This document shows positions 1 through 10,195 of a stretch of 64,000 nucleotides of DNA, in pieces. Position numbers and translations under genes: made by a program. Where the stretch lies: the NCBI GenBank assembly GCA_031551725.1, contig JAVBNF010000002.1, positions 2,296-66,295 on the forward strand. The letters run 5' to 3'. Each line of letters starts with the position of its first letter. Position 1 is the first letter of the stretch. This DNA is from Bacteroidales bacterium. Lineage in GTDB: Bacteria > Bacteroidota > Bacteroidia > Bacteroidales > P3. Under the pieces are notes generated by a model. It made no database searches. It was not told the DNA's origin and saw nothing but the letters and a program-made list of their open reading frames with translations.

Positions 1-2
1 CC

Positions 3-3000
3 AACGAATGGTACATCTCAGTTTTGTCCAAATATGCCGGAAGATATGCCGCTTATATTTCCAATACAAGCGACAATACAAATACCTACGATGCCTCGGT
101 ACGTACGGTTTCGCACTTGTATCGCGATATCTCTTTACCCGATGGGCATAATCATTTTGTACTGAAATTTTATTGGAAATCAAACGGCTCTACATCCGCA
201 AACTTGAAAGTGTATGCGGTCGAAACTACCGTTGTGCCTGTATCCGGCGTATTGCCGGCATCAGCTGCACTTGGAACTTTTATGCTGTCGGAAAACCAGT
301 GGAAATACGATTCGGTGATACTTCCGGCGAAAGCAAATCAGAATTTCCGGCTTGTATTTACCTGGGACAACGATATAGCCGCTGCTAATCAGCCTCCTGT
401 TACGATTGATAATTTAACAATTACTGCAAGTTGCGCGGCGCCCGTTTCCGAATATCCATACGCTAAACTTATTGAAGCGACAGAAATTGATTTGGCATGG
501 CAAGCCGGCGGCACCGAGTCGGCGTGGGAATTGGCAATGAATGAGGTTTATAAATTCAACCCCAATGATGTCGCTCCGGTTGCCGTTGCAGATTCCCATT
601 TTCGTGTTTTGGCTCCCGGTTATGTGCAGGCCTATTATGTGCGTGCAGTTTGTGGAAACGCGACTTACAGCTCATGGGCAGGTCCGTACATTGTTCCTTC
701 TCCCGTGCCGTTCTTCGAAGATTTTGAAAAAGAAAACGGTTGGTATATTTCCAATAAAGGTTCCGATAATAAATGGATCATTGGCAGTGTTGCCGTTAAG
801 AGCGGCAATGCGTCGGCATACATTTCCAAAGACGATGGTAGTACGAATTCGTATGATGTAACGGACATCAGCGGAGATTATCTGTATCGCGATTTCTTTA
901 TAAAAGGCGGTACGCAAACCGTTCTGAATTTCGACTGGCGTTCGATGGGAACCTGTCCCGGCGCAACCTTGAATGTATATGCGTTGAGTACCGATGTTGA
1001 TATCGAAAACGATTTCTTTTCTGCACTTTCGCCTGCAAATGCGTTGGAATCTTATTCGCTTCAAAATACATGGCAGAACGCAACGGTTAATCTGCCTGTA
1101 TATACGGTAGATACGGTGATACGGCTTGCATTTGAATGGCAGGTTGATATTTTTGGCGGCGCCATAGCTGTAAATCCTCCGGCAGCGGTGGATAATATTC
1201 GATTGCTTCGTTCGCCTGCGCCTGCGCCACGGGCATTTACGGTTTATACACAAGGGATAGATGCTTTTAAGTTAAAGTGGAGCCCTTTTGGAAGTGAGCA
1301 GTTGTGGAAAATAAAATATGCACAAGCTGTTGATTTCGATCCGAATACATCGGGTATTTTTGTTTCTACAACCCAGCCGGAAGTGAATATAACGGGAGTG
1401 ACAACCACTGCTGTTTATGCATTCTATGTGAAAACGTTCAATACTACAGGCGATTCCAACGAATGGGTAGGACCTTATCACAATATCGAAAATTTCGCGA
1501 ACGGCATTTCGGTCGATTGGGAAGCGAGAAACGGTTGTCAACTCAATCGCTGGGAACTGGGAACAGCCGCCGCGTATGTGGATAATTCCAAAACCCTTTA
1601 TATCTCGAGCGATGATGGAGTATCGAATGATTATATACAAGGTCAGACTTCGGTTGTCCATTTTTGCAAAGAAATTATGCTGCAGGCCAAGCAAAAGGCT
1701 GCCAAGATTGAGTTTGATTTGAATATGCAGGAAGAATGTGAGAAGGAATTTTATTTGCGTATATACTTGGTAGATCCGAATATCAAACCTCGTCCGGGAA
1801 CTTCGTTGAGGTATTATGCCGGTGCCCAAATGATTGGAGAGTACAGTATTTCGAATGGATATTTTATAACGAAAACGATTAACCTGCCCGATGTTTTGAA
1901 AGATGTATCCAAGCGATTGGTGTTTTCATTTGAACAGCGTTTTTCGATATGGCCGGTAACTACGGCAACCGTTCCGCCGGCAATCAACAATATCCGCATA
2001 TTGTCCGATGTTTTACCCATTCCTCAAGCCTTGACAGCTTTTCAAACAAGTCCTACATCCGCATTTTTGGAATGGGAAGCAGGATTGAATGAAACAAGTT
2101 GGACCATTGCTTTCGCTGAAGGAATTCAGACAGCCGCTGTAGGATCGAAAATTTCGGTAAACACTCAAAATCGTATTATTTCCATTGATGGAACAAAGAA
2201 TTACACCTTCTGGGTGAGTGCGAATGATGCTGCCGGAAATTCGCTCGAGCGTTACAATGGACCGTTTTTCTTGAATGAAACATTTGAACTGGATGCATTC
2301 AACTTTTCGAAGTTAAGTTTATGGAAAATAAATAATGGTTGTCAAACAAACCAATTTTACCATAGCGACGTTGTTCACCCTCTCGGTGGAAGCGGATATT
2401 CGGTTTATATATCCAATCACGATGGAAATACATATAGCTATGACAGCAGTGCGGCATCGCGAGTTTATATGTCGAGAGATGTGATGTTTCCGGAAGGTTT
2501 TCAGAAAGTGCAATTAACGTTTGATGTAAGAATAAAAGGAGACTGCAGCAGCGATTATCTCGCAGTTTATGCAACAGATCCGGACGATTATGTATTTCCG
2601 GGCACTTGGTTTCTGCCGGATGATAAATATTTACTAAAAAAAATCAGCGACCCTAATGGCATTTCGGGTACAATTGTTATTGATATTCCTAAAGAATTTG
2701 TTGGTAAAAAACGATTGGCATTTGCATGGATCAACGGCCCGGGATTGGCGCACGGAAATCCACCCGCTGCCATTGATAATATCCGCCTAACGGCATCCAA
2801 TATTGTTTATCCGGAACATCTAACTGTTTATCGCGAACGCAATACAGCCCTTAACGACGGCTTTATTGCAAGTTGGGAAAAAATTAAAGATGCCAAGTAT
2901 TATGTTTTGAGTTATGGTGGAAATACGGTGAATGTATATGGAACAGACACCGTTATCCGCATGAATTTAACCGGATTAAATCCTGTTTTTAAAATTCAAA

Positions 3001-6000
3001 CCGTTTACCAAACTAACACGAGCGATTGGTCGCCCGCTGTGAAATTAATTCATGATTTTGAAACGGATGTGGATGCTTGGAAATTGATTAATGAATGCGG
3101 AAATCGTTGGGTAATTGGGGCGAAAGCGACGGCTACGAAAGCGGCTTATATTGCACCTTATGGCAAAGATACAAACGATTACCTGTTTCCGACAAGTTTG
3201 GCATACTTGGCCTTGCCGGTATCATTTCCCACCCATGCCGCATCTTGTCAAATGATTTTTGATTGGCGTTCCTTGGGAGATTATTGCGATTATATGAAGT
3301 TCTTTATTTCCGATGCGTTGCCGAAAGCAGGAGTGGAGATCAATACTTCTTTTACGGATATCCGTTATCGTTTCAAAGATACATGGCAAACCGATACGTT
3401 TAATTTCGATCCATCGTATATAGGAAAGACGGCATATTTAATTTTTGAATGGAGCAATTCTTTTGGGACTGTGAAAAGTCCGCCGATTGCCCTTGATAAT
3501 ATTCGCTTTCAAGCCTCTTCGTGTGGTGCCGCACCAAGAGCGATCACTCCATTTCATCGCGGAAACAATAGTGTCGTTTTAGATTGGACAAACAACGGCC
3601 GAGATACGGCCTGGGATATTTTTTATGGAAGAAAAGGGGATGATATTTCATCTTTTACAACGATTCATACAAAAACAAAGCCTGCCGTTTTTACAATTAC
3701 TTCCGGGATTTCGTACGAACTTTATATGCAGGCATATTACCAAGATGGCTGTAAAAGTGAGCTTTCTCAAGCTGTTTCTTTGGATGAAAACTTCGATCAT
3801 GCCAGCGTTCGTAACTGGAATTTTGTAAATGGAACGCAGCCTAATCAATGGTTTGTCGGTGATGTTGCCGGTCCTGCAAATAATCCTGCGGCATATATTT
3901 CTGCACATTGTGGTGCCGATTATTATAGTTTTGGAGCAAGTCAAACATATTTTTATCGAGATATTACAATTCCTAACGGCTACAGGAAAGTGAAAGTTTC
4001 ATTCGAATGGAAAAATAAAGGCAGTAAAGATGATTATATGCAGGTGGCTTTGGGATATCCTTCGCAAATGCCTGTTCCCGGAGAATATTACCCGGGTGTG
4101 GCCATCCCTGATGCTGCTACCTATTTTTTCGGTGCCGATTGTTGGACATCGGCCTCTGTTGATGTGCCTTCATTTTTTTATGGAAAAACCGCACGCTTGG
4201 TGTTTTCATACAAAACAGTGGGGCTGGGAGTAAGTTCCCCGGCAGCCATTGACAGCATTAGCTTTAGTGTCGATAACTATCCTGCGCCGATAGCGATGAG
4301 TGCATTTTCTAAAACCGACACATCGGCCTTGCTTTCTTGGGCCGCGTTTGGAAATGAAATACGGTGGAAAGTAAAATATGCACCAAGAATGTTTTTACCA
4401 AATGAAACGATAGGCGTAGATTCAATAACGGTTACCGAGAATATGTGTGCAATCTCTCTAAAAACAACGGGCGATTACCATTACTATGTACAGGCAGATT
4501 ATGGAATAGGAGGCTGGAGTACATGGGCAGGGCCTTTCGAATTTAAGGAAACATTTGAAACGGCAAGTGCTGCGCAATGGCATGCGGTAAATGCTTGCGA
4601 AACAAGTCAATGGGTGCTTGGAACTGCTGCCGGTGGAGATGGCAAAACGGCTTACATTTCGAAAGACAATGGAACTACAAATACATACGATAATACCCAA
4701 AAATCCATCGTTTATTTTTATCGCGATATTTATCTTCCGCGCGGATACCAGCATGCATTTATGATGTTCGATTGGAGATCTATGGGGCAAACGGGAGATG
4801 AACTGCAAGTCTATTTGCAAAATATAAACTCTGTACCTGTACCCGGTACAGAGCCTTCCGGAAAACTATTGGGAATATTCTCCGGTTCTTCGCAATGGAA
4901 ATCACAACGTGTGAATTTCGGTATGGATGCAAGCGGTCCCGTCCATTTGCTTTTTGTTTGGAAAAATAAAGTAAGTGCAAGTGCACAGCAACCACCCGTG
5001 GCGATTGATAATATTCAATTTTTCTTGCGTTGTGTTCCGCCTAATGAAATTACAGTTGACCCTACGGTAACGAAAGACCTCGTGAGTGTTATGACCTGGC
5101 AGCAGGGCGAAAGCGAAACCCGTTGGCAAGTGCAATATGGTCCGCAAGGCTTTAATTTGGGCAATGGAACAATTCATAACGTTTCGATTTTGACGGATAC
5201 GTTGAAAAATCTTCAACAAGATGGTTATTATGATACCTATATCCATTCTGTTTGTTCGGAGGTTTCTTTTAGTGATACTGCCGGTCCATATACTTTCCGT
5301 GCACCCGCATTTATCGACATATCCGATAAACTGTCGAACCCGGTGAGTAAACTTGATGGAGCCTCTGCATTATGGATGGATTATGATAATGATAATTTAC
5401 TTGATGTATTTATAAGCGGTTACGATACGGTTATGAAAAAGCCGCGAATGTTTGTATATAAAAACGCTGTTACAGGAAATTTAATTGCTCAAAATGCCGA
5501 ATTTATGGGCTTCGACACGGTATTGGCGTATGGAACATTGAATGCAGTTGATTTCGATAACGACGGAAATATTGACATCTTAATGACCGGAAGTAAAACA
5601 CAGTCGACTGCCGGAGCAGCTGCCTTCCTTTATAAAAACAATGGAGACGGAACGTTTTTGAAATCCTTCATACAGCTTCCTGCTGTTTGGAAAAGTACCG
5701 TCGCTGTCGGCGATTTTAATAACGATGGTTTTCCGGATATTTTGATTGCCGGACAAACACCTAACGGAACTTCGATTACCAAATTATATAAAAATAAAAA
5801 CGGAAAATCACTTCTCGAAAATACAACTGCCTTCCCCTTATTAAATGAAGGAGCAGTGGCTTTCGCTGATTTGCAGAGAAGTGGAGTTTTGGATATTGTT
5901 GTTTCCGGACATTCTGCTTCGAAAATACAGGTGTTTTCCAACAATAAAAACGAAACTTTTACTATTAAATCCATTGACATCCCAAATATGAAACGCAGTG

Positions 6001-8231
6001 CAATTGCTGTTGGCGATGTTGATAACGACGGCTTGCTCGATATTGCTGTCGCCGGAGAGCGTTCTGCCGGAACTTCATCAGCATCCATGTTAATGGTCTA
6101 TAAAAACGGTGGGAATCTGAATTTTACCAATATATACAGTCTCCAAGAATATTGGCGGTCGGGAACCGTCGCTTTCGCAGATTATGATAACGACGGATTT
6201 CAGGATTTGATTTATTCAGGTATTTCCGCTGCCAATCAGTATGAAGCAAAAGTGTTGCAAAATACAAAAACATCATCATTTACACAAGCATCCATTTTTA
6301 AAACCGCAAAAAATCCGAAAATTTATTTTTGTGATTATGATAAAGACAATCGTATTGATGCTTTCCAAGTCAATGAAACCGGCGGATTTTTATATCGAAA
6401 TAAAATAGATGCAGTCAATACAACTCCTCCAAAACCCACAGAATTACGATCGGTAATTGATACTTGCGGCATTACTCCCGATGGACGAACTCCTTGCAGC
6501 GTTGTGCATTTTTATTGGACAAAACAAAACGATGTATTGTCAGGAGTGAATGGAACAACATGTAATATTCGCATATCCGACAATCGGAATACCGTTAATT
6601 TGCGTGCTCCACAAGCCGAAATCCAAGTAATCGACAACGGTTATAAGCGTACGGTTTCACAAGGTGAAATTATTGGAAACACTTGGTCGTATGCCGCATG
6701 CCTATTGGGAGGAACTTATTATTGGAATGTGCAGGCGATTGATGGAAGTATCGAAGGTAGTCCGTTTTCCGATATTGATTCTATTGTAATTCCCAATGTC
6801 TACGCCCAAGCAATGAACGACACCGTTATTTGTTCCGGCGATTCGCTTATGCTATATATGATTGCGGCACAAGAAACGCCCACGTGGTCGGACGGCACAA
6901 AAACATGGGTGCAACCAACTCTCGCGGTATTGCCTAAGCCCGATACATCGTATTACTACGTAAGTGTTCCCGCTCTTTGCGGATTATACAAAGACACTGT
7001 CATGGTGTATGCAAAAAACTGCGATTTGCCGTTTGTGCAATATACGCTTTCGGGAAAAGATACACTGTGTTATTTGGAAACGAACACTATCACGCTCAGC
7101 GGCTCCGAAGAACAAACCTATTACCAACTCTATTTGAATGGCGATACGCTTGGTACGCAAGTTTTGGGCGATGGGAATCCGATTATATGGAGATATACGA
7201 AGCCCGGCGAATATACCGTTGAGGTCTATAGACATAAACGTTTTGAATTTCTGCAAACAAAATTAAAGGTGGTTGTTGATTCAATGCCAATGCTCATTCT
7301 GCCGGGAGATACTACCGTTTGCCAGTATCAAATAGTGAATGCACAGCCTTTCATCTACAATGGAAAATTAGATCCGGCGTTTAATCAATTGGCCTTTCGT
7401 GTTGAACACGATACAACACTTACTGTTACGGCTTCAAATACCTGCGGTCAAGCCAAAGACAGCATTAAAATTATGACACTGCCTGCACCTTATTTTACCT
7501 TTGTCGGCGACACCGCAATTTGTAAAAACGACACCTTGTATTTGAGTATTAATTGTGATGATGCCGCGGCTACTGTTGTTTGGAATACCGGCGAAACAAC
7601 AAAAAATATTCAGAAGCGGATGACGACTTCGCAAAATTTTATTGCAACCACCTATTCGTCAACCAATCAATGCAGCTATACCGATACATTCTCCGTTAGA
7701 GTGGAAAGTATAACAGCACAGTTGGACTATCAGCCCGACCGCATTTATATTGAAGATCCTACCGTTCATTTTGTCGATAGTTCGCAGGGAGCTGTTAAGC
7801 ACTCATGGAAATTTAGCGACGGATATACTTCCTCTGCCGCATCGTTCGACCATACATTCGATTTGTCGTCGGATACCGTTTTAGTGCTTTTGAAAACAAC
7901 TTCCGCGTTTGGCTGTACGGATTCTATTATACAATTATTGCTTGTCGAGTATGGTGTGCGTATTTATGCTCCAACTGCATTTACTCCGAATGGAGACGGA
8001 TTAAACGATGAATTTTATTTGATGATTCCCAATGTTGAAACCATTGAATGGTACGTATTTACACGCTGGGGCGAAAAAATATTTTCTGCCGATAACATTC
8101 AAGCGCGTTGGGATGGCTACTATTCCGGAAAACGCATGCCGCCGGGCGTTTATACGTGGAAAGCAAAATTTAAAGTAGAGAAAAACTCCGAGATTCATAC
8201 TGCTACCGGCTTTGTAACAATTGTTGAATAA
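3..8231 (+). CDS. Giant secreted multidomain surface/adhesin-like protein, 5' end outside window. It has at least 7 repeated beta-sandwich modules alternating with Fn3-like modules, an FG-GAP/VCBS repeat block, Ig-like repeats and a C-terminal T9SS type-B sorting domain
   Basis: The ORF is open to the window edge (frame from nt 3). A module ending motif recurs 7 times: PPVTIDNL, PPAAVDNIRL, VPPAINNIRIL, PPAAIDNIRL, PPIALDNIRF, SPAAIDSISF, PPVAIDNIQF. FG-GAP-like DxDNDGxxDI repeats are present (DFDNDGNIDIL, GDFNNDGFPDIL, GDVDNDGLLDIAV, ADYDNDGFQDLIY). The C-terminus PTAFTPNGDGLNDEFYL...GVYTWKAKF matches the gliding-motility/T9SS type-B CTD. Confidence 0.85.
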   Translation, partial: NEWYISVLSKYAGRYAAYISNTSDNTNTYDASVRTVSHLYRDISLPDGHNHFVLKFYWKSNGSTSANLKVYAVETTVVPVSGVLPASAALGTFMLSENQWKYDSVILPAKANQNFRLVFTWDNDIAAANQPPVTIDNLTITASCAAPVSEYPYAKLIEATEIDLAWQAGGTESAWELAMNEVYKFNPNDVAPVAVADSHFRVLAPGYVQAYYVRAVCGNATYSSWAGPYIVPSPVPFFEDFEKENGWYISNKGSDNKWIIGSVAVKSGNASAYISKDDGSTNSYDVTDISGDYLYRDFFIKGGTQTVLNFDWRSMGTCPGATLNVYALSTDVDIENDFFSALSPANALESYSLQNTWQNATVNLPVYTVDTVIRLAFEWQVDIFGGAIAVNPPAAVDNIRLLRSPAPAPRAFTVYTQGIDAFKLKWSPFGSEQLWKIKYAQAVDFDPNTSGIFVSTTQPEVNITGVTTTAVYAFYVKTFNTTGDSNEWVGPYHNIENFANGISVDWEARNGCQLNRWELGTAAAYVDNSKTLYISSDDGVSNDYIQGQTSVVHFCKEIMLQAKQKAAKIEFDLNMQEECEKEFYLRIYLVDPNIKPRPGTSLRYYAGAQMIGEYSISNGYFITKTINLPDVLKDVSKRLVFSFEQRFSIWPVTTATVPPAINNIRILSDVLPIPQALTAFQTSPTSAFLEWEAGLNETSWTIAFAEGIQTAAVGSKISVNTQNRIISIDGTKNYTFWVSANDAAGNSLERYNGPFFLNETFELDAFNFSKLSLWKINNGCQTNQFYHSDVVHPLGGSGYSVYISNHDGNTYSYDSSAASRVYMSRDVMFPEGFQKVQLTFDVRIKGDCSSDYLAVYATDPDDYVFPGTWFLPDDKYLLKKISDPNGISGTIVIDIPKEFVGKKRLAFAWINGPGLAHGNPPAAIDNIRLTASNIVYPEHLTVYRERNTALNDGFIASWEKIKDAKYYVLSYGGNTVNVYGTDTVIRMNLTGLNPVFKIQTVYQTNTSDWSPAVKLIHDFETDVDAWKLINECGNRWVIGAKATATKAAYIAPYGKDTNDYLFPTSLAYLALPVSFPTHAASCQMIFDWRSLGDYCDYMKFFISDALPKAGVEINTSFTDIRYRFKDTWQTDTFNFDPSYIGKTAYLIFEWSNSFGTVKSPPIALDNIRFQASSCGAAPRAITPFHRGNNSVVLDWTNNGRDTAWDIFYGRKGDDISSFTTIHTKTKPAVFTITSGISYELYMQAYYQDGCKSELSQAVSLDENFDHASVRNWNFVNGTQPNQWFVGDVAGPANNPAAYISAHCGADYYSFGASQTYFYRDITIPNGYRKVKVSFEWKNKGSKDDYMQVALGYPSQMPVPGEYYPGVAIPDAATYFFGADCWTSASVDVPSFFYGKTARLVFSYKTVGLGVSSPAAIDSISFSVDNYPAPIAMSAFSKTDTSALLSWAAFGNEIRWKVKYAPRMFLPNETIGVDSITVTENMCAISLKTTGDYHYYVQADYGIGGWSTWAGPFEFKETFETASAAQWHAVNACETSQWVLGTAAGGDGKTAYISKDNGTTNTYDNTQKSIVYFYRDIYLPRGYQHAFMMFDWRSMGQTGDELQVYLQNINSVPVPGTEPSGKLLGIFSGSSQWKSQRVNFGMDASGPVHLLFVWKNKVSASAQQPPVAIDNIQFFLRCVPPNEITVDPTVTKDLVSVMTWQQGESETRWQVQYGPQGFNLGNGTIHNVSILTDTLKNLQQDGYYDTYIHSVCSEVSFSDTAGPYTFRAPAFIDISDKLSNPVSKLDGASALWMDYDNDNLLDVFISGYDTVMKKPRMFVYKNAVTGNLIAQNAEFMGFDTVLAYGTLNAVDFDNDGNIDILMTGSKTQSTAGAAAFLYKNNGDGTFLKSFIQLPAVWKSTVAVGDFNNDGFPDILIAGQTPNGTSITKLYKNKNGKSLLENTTAFPLLNEGAVAFADLQRSGVLDIVVSGHSASKIQVFSNNKNETFTIKSIDIPNMKRSAIAVGDVDNDGLLDIAVAGERSAGTSSASMLMVYKNGGNLNFTNIYSLQEYWRSGTVAFADYDNDGFQDLIYSGISAANQYEAKVLQNTKTSSFTQASIFKTAKNPKIYFCDYDKDNRIDAFQVNETGGFLYRNKIDAVNTTPPKPTELRSVIDTCGITPDGRTPCSVVHFYWTKQNDVLSGVNGTTCNIRISDNRNTVNLRAPQAEIQVIDNGYKRTVSQGEIIGNTWSYAACLLGGTYYWNVQAIDGSIEGSPFSDIDSIVIPNVYAQAMNDTVICSGDSLMLYMIAAQETPTWSDGTKTWVQPTLAVLPKPDTSYYYVSVPALCGLYKDTVMVYAKNCDLPFVQYTLSGKDTLCYLETNTITLSGSEEQTYYQLYLNGDTLGTQVLGDGNPIIWRYTKPGEYTVEVYRHKRFEFLQTKLKVVVDSMPMLILPGDTTVCQYQIVNAQPFIYNGKLDPAFNQLAFRVEHDTTLTVTASNTCGQAKDSIKIMTLPAPYFTFVGDTAICKNDTLYLSINCDDAAATVVWNTGETTKNIQKRMTTSQNFIATTYSSTNQCSYTDTFSVRVESITAQLDYQPDRIYIEDPTVHFVDSSQGAVKHSWKFSDGYTSSAASFDHTFDLSSDTVLVLLKTTSAFGCTDSIIQLLLVEYGVRIYAPTAFTPNGDGLNDEFYLMIPNVETIEWYVFTRWGEKIFSADNIQARWDGYYSGKRMPPGVYTWKAKFKVEKNSEIHTATGFVTIVE

Positions 8232-9166
8232 TGCGTATCAAATCCAATAAATTAAAAGATATTCGTCGTTTTTTTCTTTCGGAATTGAATACATTCTATT
8301 CTGAAAGGGAAATTGATAACTTCTTTTTTCTATGTTGCTACTCATTTTCCAATTTGGGAAAAACGCAAGTCCTTTCAAACCTTGAAAAAACCGTTAGCGA
8401 AAGCGTTTTGCTGAAATATAACTTTGCAGTAAAAGATTTAAAAAATCAAAAACCCATTCAATACATTTTACATACGGCACATTTCTTCGATTTGGAATTA
8501 GAAGTTGATGAAAACGTTTTGATTCCGCGTCCCGAAACGGAAGAACTCGTTGCTTGGATTTTGGAAGAAACCAAACCTCATTCAATGCTTGCCGATTTTT
8601 GTACCGGTAGCGGATGCATTGCGCTTGCGCTGAAAAAGCATCATCTTGAACTACAAATCCAAGCATTTGATATCTCAAAAGAAGCATTAAATATTGCCAA
8701 AAAAAATGCGCAAAAATACAGTTTGGATGTTGATTTTGTTGAAAAAGATGTTTTGCAAACAGAATTATTTTCAGATGATAAATGGGACGTCATTGTAAGC
8801 AATCCGCCTTATGTCCGTAATTTGGAAAAACAGCAGATGCATGCCAATGTCCTCAATTACGAGCCGCATTTGGCGCTATTTGTTGATGATGAAAACCCGT
8901 TGATTTTCTACAAATCCATACTGAAAATTGCACAAAAATCATTAAATCCCAACGGTGTCATTTATTTTGAAATAAACGAAGCCTTGGCGCAAGAAACCAT
9001 CGAACTCGCAAATCAAATGGGGTTTCCAAATCACGAATTGCGCATCGACATGCAAAATAAAAACCGCATGTTGAAATTAACCAATGGGCAAACACGTGGG
9101 TTTGCCTCTACAATCCTCAACCCTCAATCCTCAACCCTCAACCCTCAACCCTCAACCCTTAAATGA
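8231..9166 (+). CDS. prmC: Peptide chain release factor N5-glutamine methyltransferase
   Basis: NPPY motif (VSNPPYV) and SAM-binding DFCTGSGCIALAL. The ATG overlaps the upstream stop (TAATG). The C-terminal tail is encoded by a heptamer repeat. Confidence 0.85.
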   Translation: MRIKSNKLKDIRRFFLSELNTFYSEREIDNFFFLCCYSFSNLGKTQVLSNLEKTVSESVLLKYNFAVKDLKNQKPIQYILHTAHFFDLELEVDENVLIPRPETEELVAWILEETKPHSMLADFCTGSGCIALALKKHHLELQIQAFDISKEALNIAKKNAQKYSLDVDFVEKDVLQTELFSDDKWDVIVSNPPYVRNLEKQQMHANVLNYEPHLALFVDDENPLIFYKSILKIAQKSLNPNGVIYFEINEALAQETIELANQMGFPNHELRIDMQNKNRMLKLTNGQTRGFASTILNPQSSTLNPQPSTLK

Positions 9167-9972
9167 GCCGCTATTTCGCACATATCGCCTACAACGGAAA
9201 ACCCTTTCACGGCTGGCAGGAACAAGAAAATGCCATTACTGTGCAAGGTGAAATCCAGCGTGCACTATCGCTATTGCTGAAACAAAAAATCGAAATCGTT
9301 GGTGCCGGCCGTACCGATACCGGCGTTCATGCCCGTTCCTATTATTTCCATTTCGATTGGGTAAGGGCTCAAGATTTTGAGTCCCTGCAATCCTCAACCC
9401 TCAACCCTCAACCCTTGCTCTACAAACTCAACAACTTCCTCTCACACGAAATCGTCATTTATGATATTTTTCCTGTGAAACCCGACGCTCACGCTCGTTT
9501 CTCTGCGCTTTCGCGAACATACAAATACTACATCAACTATCAAAAAAATCCGTTCCAACAAGATTTTGCTTGTTATTATTATGGAAAATTGGATTTGGAT
9601 TTGATGAATCAAGCTGCGCAAAAATTGTTTGATTATACCGATTTCACTTGCTTTTCCAAACTCCACTCGCAAACGAAAACCAACAACTGCAAAATCATGC
9701 AGGCCTTTTGGACAGAAGAAAACGGACAATACGTTTTCACCATTCAGGCCGATCGTTTCTTGCGCAACATGGTGCGTGCCATTGTCGGCACTTTATTTCA
9801 GGTGGGATTACACAAAATTTCTATTGAAGAATTTTGCCAAATCATCGAAAGTAAAAACCGCTGCAACGCCGGCACCTCCATGCCCGCCCATGCTTTATTT
9901 TTAGAAGAAGTGGAATACGACTGGACGCAATTATTAATTGTTAATGAGAAGGCAATACTCCGAAGAAGTTAG
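9163..9972 (+). CDS. truA: tRNA pseudouridine(38-40) synthase TruA
   Basis: N-terminus YFAHIAYNGKPFHGWQEQ and catalytic GAGRTDTGVHA. ATGA overlap with prmC. Confidence 0.9.
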   Translation: MSRYFAHIAYNGKPFHGWQEQENAITVQGEIQRALSLLLKQKIEIVGAGRTDTGVHARSYYFHFDWVRAQDFESLQSSTLNPQPLLYKLNNFLSHEIVIYDIFPVKPDAHARFSALSRTYKYYINYQKNPFQQDFACYYYGKLDLDLMNQAAQKLFDYTDFTCFSKLHSQTKTNNCKIMQAFWTEENGQYVFTIQADRFLRNMVRAIVGTLFQVGLHKISIEEFCQIIESKNRCNAGTSMPAHALFLEEVEYDWTQLLIVNEKAILRRS

Positions 9973-10140
9973 TTGGAAAAAAGAGCATCCTTCGGGTATC
10001 GGTGAAGGCTTTCGCTCCGAAGGAGCATAGCTACAATAACCCAGGACATTGTCCTGGGTTGATAATGCTCCACCACGCCCATAACCTGTGTTTTCGGCGA
10101 AGCCGAAAATGATTAATTTCATTATCTCAAAAATTATTTC

Positions 10141-10148
10141 TATCTTTG
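10141..10148 (+). promoter_or_regulatory. Bacteroidota -7 promoter box TATCTTTG
   Basis: Exact match to the TAnnTTTG consensus, upstream of the structured leader and the FISUMP gene. Confidence 0.5.
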
Positions 10149-10195
10149 CACAAACAAAAACAATTTATATAGAAAAAACACTAATTAAACATAAA

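Noticed and set aside
9105-9160. Heptamer tract as a phase-variation switch
   Set aside because: The affected genes (prmC, truA, dnaX) are housekeeping, and internal copies would be lethal or deleterious if frame-shifted. It is kept as a repeat observation only, not as a contingency locus.
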